From positions 2,358 through 66,357 of the forward strand of contig NZ_JBAQXC010000319.1 in NCBI RefSeq assembly GCF_049299235.1: a stretch of 64,000 nt of DNA, written 5' to 3'. Positions 61,579-64,000 of this stretch are shown in pieces. A program made the position numbers and the translations under genes. Every line of letters starts with the position of its first letter. The first letter of the stretch is position 1. The notes under the pieces are model-generated. The model did not search any database. It worked only from the letters and a program-made list of their open reading frames with translations, and was not told where the DNA came from. This stretch comes from Rhodococcus sp. (in: high G+C Gram-positive bacteria). GTDB taxonomy: Bacteria; Actinomycetota; Actinomycetes; Mycobacteriales; Mycobacteriaceae.

Positions 61579-63279
61579 ATGAATCCTGCTGTTGCCGCGG
61601 GGCTGCAGATCGCCCTCGTGGTCGGCGTCCTCGCCTTGGCATACGTTCCACTCGGTGACTACATGGCCCGGGTGTACACCACCGATTCCGGCATGCGGTG
61701 GAAAGACCTGCGGGTCGAGTCGCTGATCTACCGGCTGTGCCGGATCGACCCCCGATCCGAGCAGACCTGGTTCGGATACGCCGCGAGCGTCCTCGGCTTC
61801 TCCCTGGCGAGCGCGTTGTTCCTGTATCTGTTCCAACGCGTCCAGGGTGTCCTCCCCCTCGGCAACGGACTCGACGGGGTCAGCCCGGCCGTCGCATTCA
61901 ATACCGCGATCTCGTTCGTCGCGAACACCAACTGGCAGTCGTACGTCCCCGAGACCACGATGAGCCACCTCACCCAGTCCACCGGGCTCGCGGTGCAGAA
62001 CTTCGTGTCCGCCGCGGTCGGGATGGCGGTTGCCGTCGCCCTGATCCGAGGACTGGTGCGGGCGGGCCGTGGCGGTGAGATCGGGAACTTCTGGGTGGAT
62101 CTCGTGCGCGGTACCTTGCGAATCCTCCTTCCGCTCGCCTTCGTGATCGCACTGATCCTGCTGAGCCAGGGGGTGATCCAGTCCTTCCGTAGCGGTTTCA
62201 CCGCAACTGGACTCGACGGGCAGACGCTTTCCACAGCGCTCGCGCCGGTCGCCTCGCAGGAGGCGATCAAGGAACTCGGCACCAACGGCGGTGGGATCCT
62301 GGCGGCGAACTCGGCGCACCCGTTCGAGAACCCCACCCCGGTCAGCAACATCGTGGAGATTCTCGCGATCCTGCTCATTCCCGTCGCATCGACCCGCACG
62401 TTCGGCACCATGATCGGCAACCGCAAGCAGGGCCTGACCGTTCTCGCCGTGATGGCCGTGCTGTTCGGCGCCGTGCTCGCCGTGACACTGGCCGCCGAGT
62501 CCCGGACTCGGGGCGTGGCGGCGAACGCCGCAGGCGCGATGATGGAAGGCAAGGAGGTCCGGTTCGGCATCCCCGGTTCGGCGCTGTTCGCCGTCGCGAC
62601 CACGGGGACGAGCACCGGCGCCGTGAACTCCGCGCACGACAGCATGTCACCGCTCGGAGGCGGTGCCGTACTGCTGAACATGCTGTTCGGCGAGATCGCA
62701 CCCGGCGGCGTGGGCACCGGCCTGTACGGCATGCTCGTGCTCGCGATGATCGCGGTCTTCGTCGGCGGTCTCCTCGTCGGTCGCACACCGGAGTTCCTGG
62801 GCAAGAAGCTCGGCAGGCGCGAGATCACACTCGCAGCGCTCAGCGTGCTCGTGATGCCGGCGCTCGTGCTGACCGGCACCGCGATCACCGTGATCCTCTC
62901 GTCGACTACCGGCTATCTGGGCAACTCCGGCGATCCCGGCACCCCCGGCGCCATTCATGGCTTCTCCGAGGTGCTGTACGCATTCGCCTCCGCGGCGAAC
63001 AACAACGGCAGCGCCTTCGGCGGACTCACCGTCACCAGCGACTGGTTCCAATCGTCCCTCGGCATGTGCATGCTGCTCGGGCGGTTCCTGCCGATCGTGT
63101 TCGTCCTGGCGCTGGCCGGCTCCCTCGCCGCCCAGCGTCGCACCCCGGCCGGAGCCGGAACCCTGCCCACCACCGGGGTCGCGTTCGCGGGCCTGCTGAC
63201 CGGCACGACCGTCCTCGTCGCGGCGCTGACCTTCTTCCCCGCGCTGGCGCTGGGACCGATCGCGGAGGCACTGCAGTGA
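61579..63279 (+). CDS. kdpA: potassium-transporting ATPase subunit A
   Basis: 566 aa, polytopic. ..NTNWQSY.., TNGGG, SGTSTGAVNSAHDS-like selectivity-filter repeats. Confidence 0.95.
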   Translation: MNPAVAAGLQIALVVGVLALAYVPLGDYMARVYTTDSGMRWKDLRVESLIYRLCRIDPRSEQTWFGYAASVLGFSLASALFLYLFQRVQGVLPLGNGLDGVSPAVAFNTAISFVANTNWQSYVPETTMSHLTQSTGLAVQNFVSAAVGMAVAVALIRGLVRAGRGGEIGNFWVDLVRGTLRILLPLAFVIALILLSQGVIQSFRSGFTATGLDGQTLSTALAPVASQEAIKELGTNGGGILAANSAHPFENPTPVSNIVEILAILLIPVASTRTFGTMIGNRKQGLTVLAVMAVLFGAVLAVTLAAESRTRGVAANAAGAMMEGKEVRFGIPGSALFAVATTGTSTGAVNSAHDSMSPLGGGAVLLNMLFGEIAPGGVGTGLYGMLVLAMIAVFVGGLLVGRTPEFLGKKLGRREITLAALSVLVMPALVLTGTAITVILSSTTGYLGNSGDPGTPGAIHGFSEVLYAFASAANNNGSAFGGLTVTSDWFQSSLGMCMLLGRFLPIVFVLALAGSLAAQRRTPAGAGTLPTTGVAFAGLLTGTTVLVAALTFFPALALGPIAEALQ

Positions 63280-63340
63280 CCGCCGACCGACACCACCCAT
63301 CGTTCCGCCGCGTCGCGGCGCAGATCACGGAGAAACTTCG

Positions 63341-64000
63341 GTGACCCTCGACCTTCGTCCGGACACGGAGACCACATCGTCCCGGCAGCGTGTGGCCGGT
63401 GGTGTGTTCAGCACACGCCAGCTCGCGGATGCCGTGCCCGGCGCGTTCCGCAAACTCGATCCGCGACATGTTGCCCGAAACCCGGTGATGTTCGTCGTGC
63501 TCGTCGGTTCGGTGATCGCCACCGTCGCCGCGCTCCTCGAACCCACCGTGTTCGCCTGGTCCGTCACGGTGTGGCTGTGGTTCACCGTGCTGTTCGCCAA
63601 CCTCGCCGAATCCGTCGCCGAAGGTCGCGGTAAGGCCCAGGCCGCCAGTCTGCGGAAAGCCAAGCAGGACACCGTTGCCCGTCGAATCACCGACTCCGGG
63701 TCCGAGATGTCGGTGCCTGCCACGGAACTGCAGGTCGGAGATCTTGTGGTGGTCGAGGCAGGGCAGGTGATTCCCGGCGACGGCGATGTGACCGACGGAA
63801 TCGCGACCGTCGACGAATCCGCCATCACCGGCGAATCCGCACCGGTGATCCGCGAATCGGGCGGTGACCGGTGCGCGGTCACCGGCGGTACCACGGTGCT
63901 CTCCGATCGCATCGTCGTACGGATCACCGCCCCGCCCGGCCACACGTTCGTCGACCGGATGATCGCGCTCGTCGAAGGTGCGGCGCGACGCAAGACGCCC
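63341..64000 (+). CDS. kdpB: potassium-transporting ATPase subunit B (P-type ATPase), 3' end outside window
   Basis: GTG 63341. ..FRKLDPRHVARNPVMFVV.., ESVAEGRGKAQA, VDESAITGESAPVIRE. The frame is open to the window end. Confidence 0.9.
   Translation, partial: MTLDLRPDTETTSSRQRVAGGVFSTRQLADAVPGAFRKLDPRHVARNPVMFVVLVGSVIATVAALLEPTVFAWSVTVWLWFTVLFANLAESVAEGRGKAQAASLRKAKQDTVARRITDSGSEMSVPATELQVGDLVVVEAGQVIPGDGDVTDGIATVDESAITGESAPVIRESGGDRCAVTGGTTVLSDRIVVRITAPPGHTFVDRMIALVEGAARRKTP

Noticed and set aside
63276-63344. 22-codon ORF (VTADRHHPSFRRVAAQITEKLR) bridging kdpA and kdpB with GTGA overlaps at both ends
   Set aside because: It is short, basic, and has no ribosome-binding site of its own. 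Such overlaps arise easily by chance in GC-rich spacers. It could be revisited with ribosome profiling.
1-64000. Search for CRISPR arrays, tRNA/rRNA genes, IS elements, integrases, prophage or classical defence genes
   Set aside because: There are no spaced direct-repeat arrays, no cloverleaf-like or rRNA-like conserved stretches, and no transposase, recombinase or phage structural translations in any frame. The repeats found are short tandem or palindromic elements and are reported above.

Overview
This is a high-GC (roughly two-thirds G+C by eye) actinobacterial chromosome segment. Gene content and style look like Rhodococcus or another member of the Mycobacteriales, but that is inference only. 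I call about 60 protein genes. I saw no rRNA, tRNA, CRISPR array, transposase or integrase. Layout: (1) 0-5 kb: a truncated acyl-CoA dehydrogenase, a FUSC exporter/MarR pair, a decayed DUF72 gene, HdeD and a GYD protein. (2) 5-18 kb: an oxygenase-rich catabolic island with a BVMO, a frameshifted LLM monooxygenase, two divergent KstD-like flavoproteins, an acyl-CoA ligase, a type II FMO-like enzyme, an esterase and an enoyl-CoA hydratase. (3) 18-22.4 kb: mhpA, mhpR and mhpCB (3-hydroxyphenylpropionate meta-cleavage). (4) 22.6-24 kb: a decay zone with a palindromic element, a DinB-like remnant and an alpha/beta hydrolase carrying an in-frame TAG. (5) 24-36.3 kb: TspO, a lipoprotein, then a Ter-type cluster. 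That cluster holds a DUF475/TerC-like gene, TerD and a translationally coupled operon encoding an unknown helical protein, an HpcH-like lyase, a PRTase, a StiP-like PRTase, a HAD phosphatase and two TerD-domain proteins. (6) 36.3-39.4 kb: FabG-like SDR, an acyl-CoA dehydrogenase and a methyltransferase. (7) 39.6-42.5 kb: three tandem AIM24-family genes, then bfd-bfr, with IdeR-like iron boxes on both sides. (8) 42.6-49.7 kb: MarR, GNAT, ROK, scoAB, IclR and ahpCF. (9) 49.9-56.2 kb: a tail-anchored MoxR ATPase, LysR, an orphan CvnA-like sensor kinase, a globin-reductase fusion and DoxX. (10) 56.3-59.1 kb: mhpDFE. (11) 59.2-64 kb: a CrtI-like oxidoreductase, a small membrane protein and kdpF-kdpA-kdpB (truncated by the window edge). 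The most interesting items are: the Ter-linked predicted nucleoside-like metabolite operon and its uncharacterised fusion and lead proteins; the AIM24 triplet flanked by IdeR-like boxes; a shared AT-rich operator-like motif that links several oxygenase promoters with the mhp genes; several short tandem repeats sitting exactly on gene 3' ends; and dispersed palindromic elements. All functional calls come from reading the translations by eye. No database search was run.
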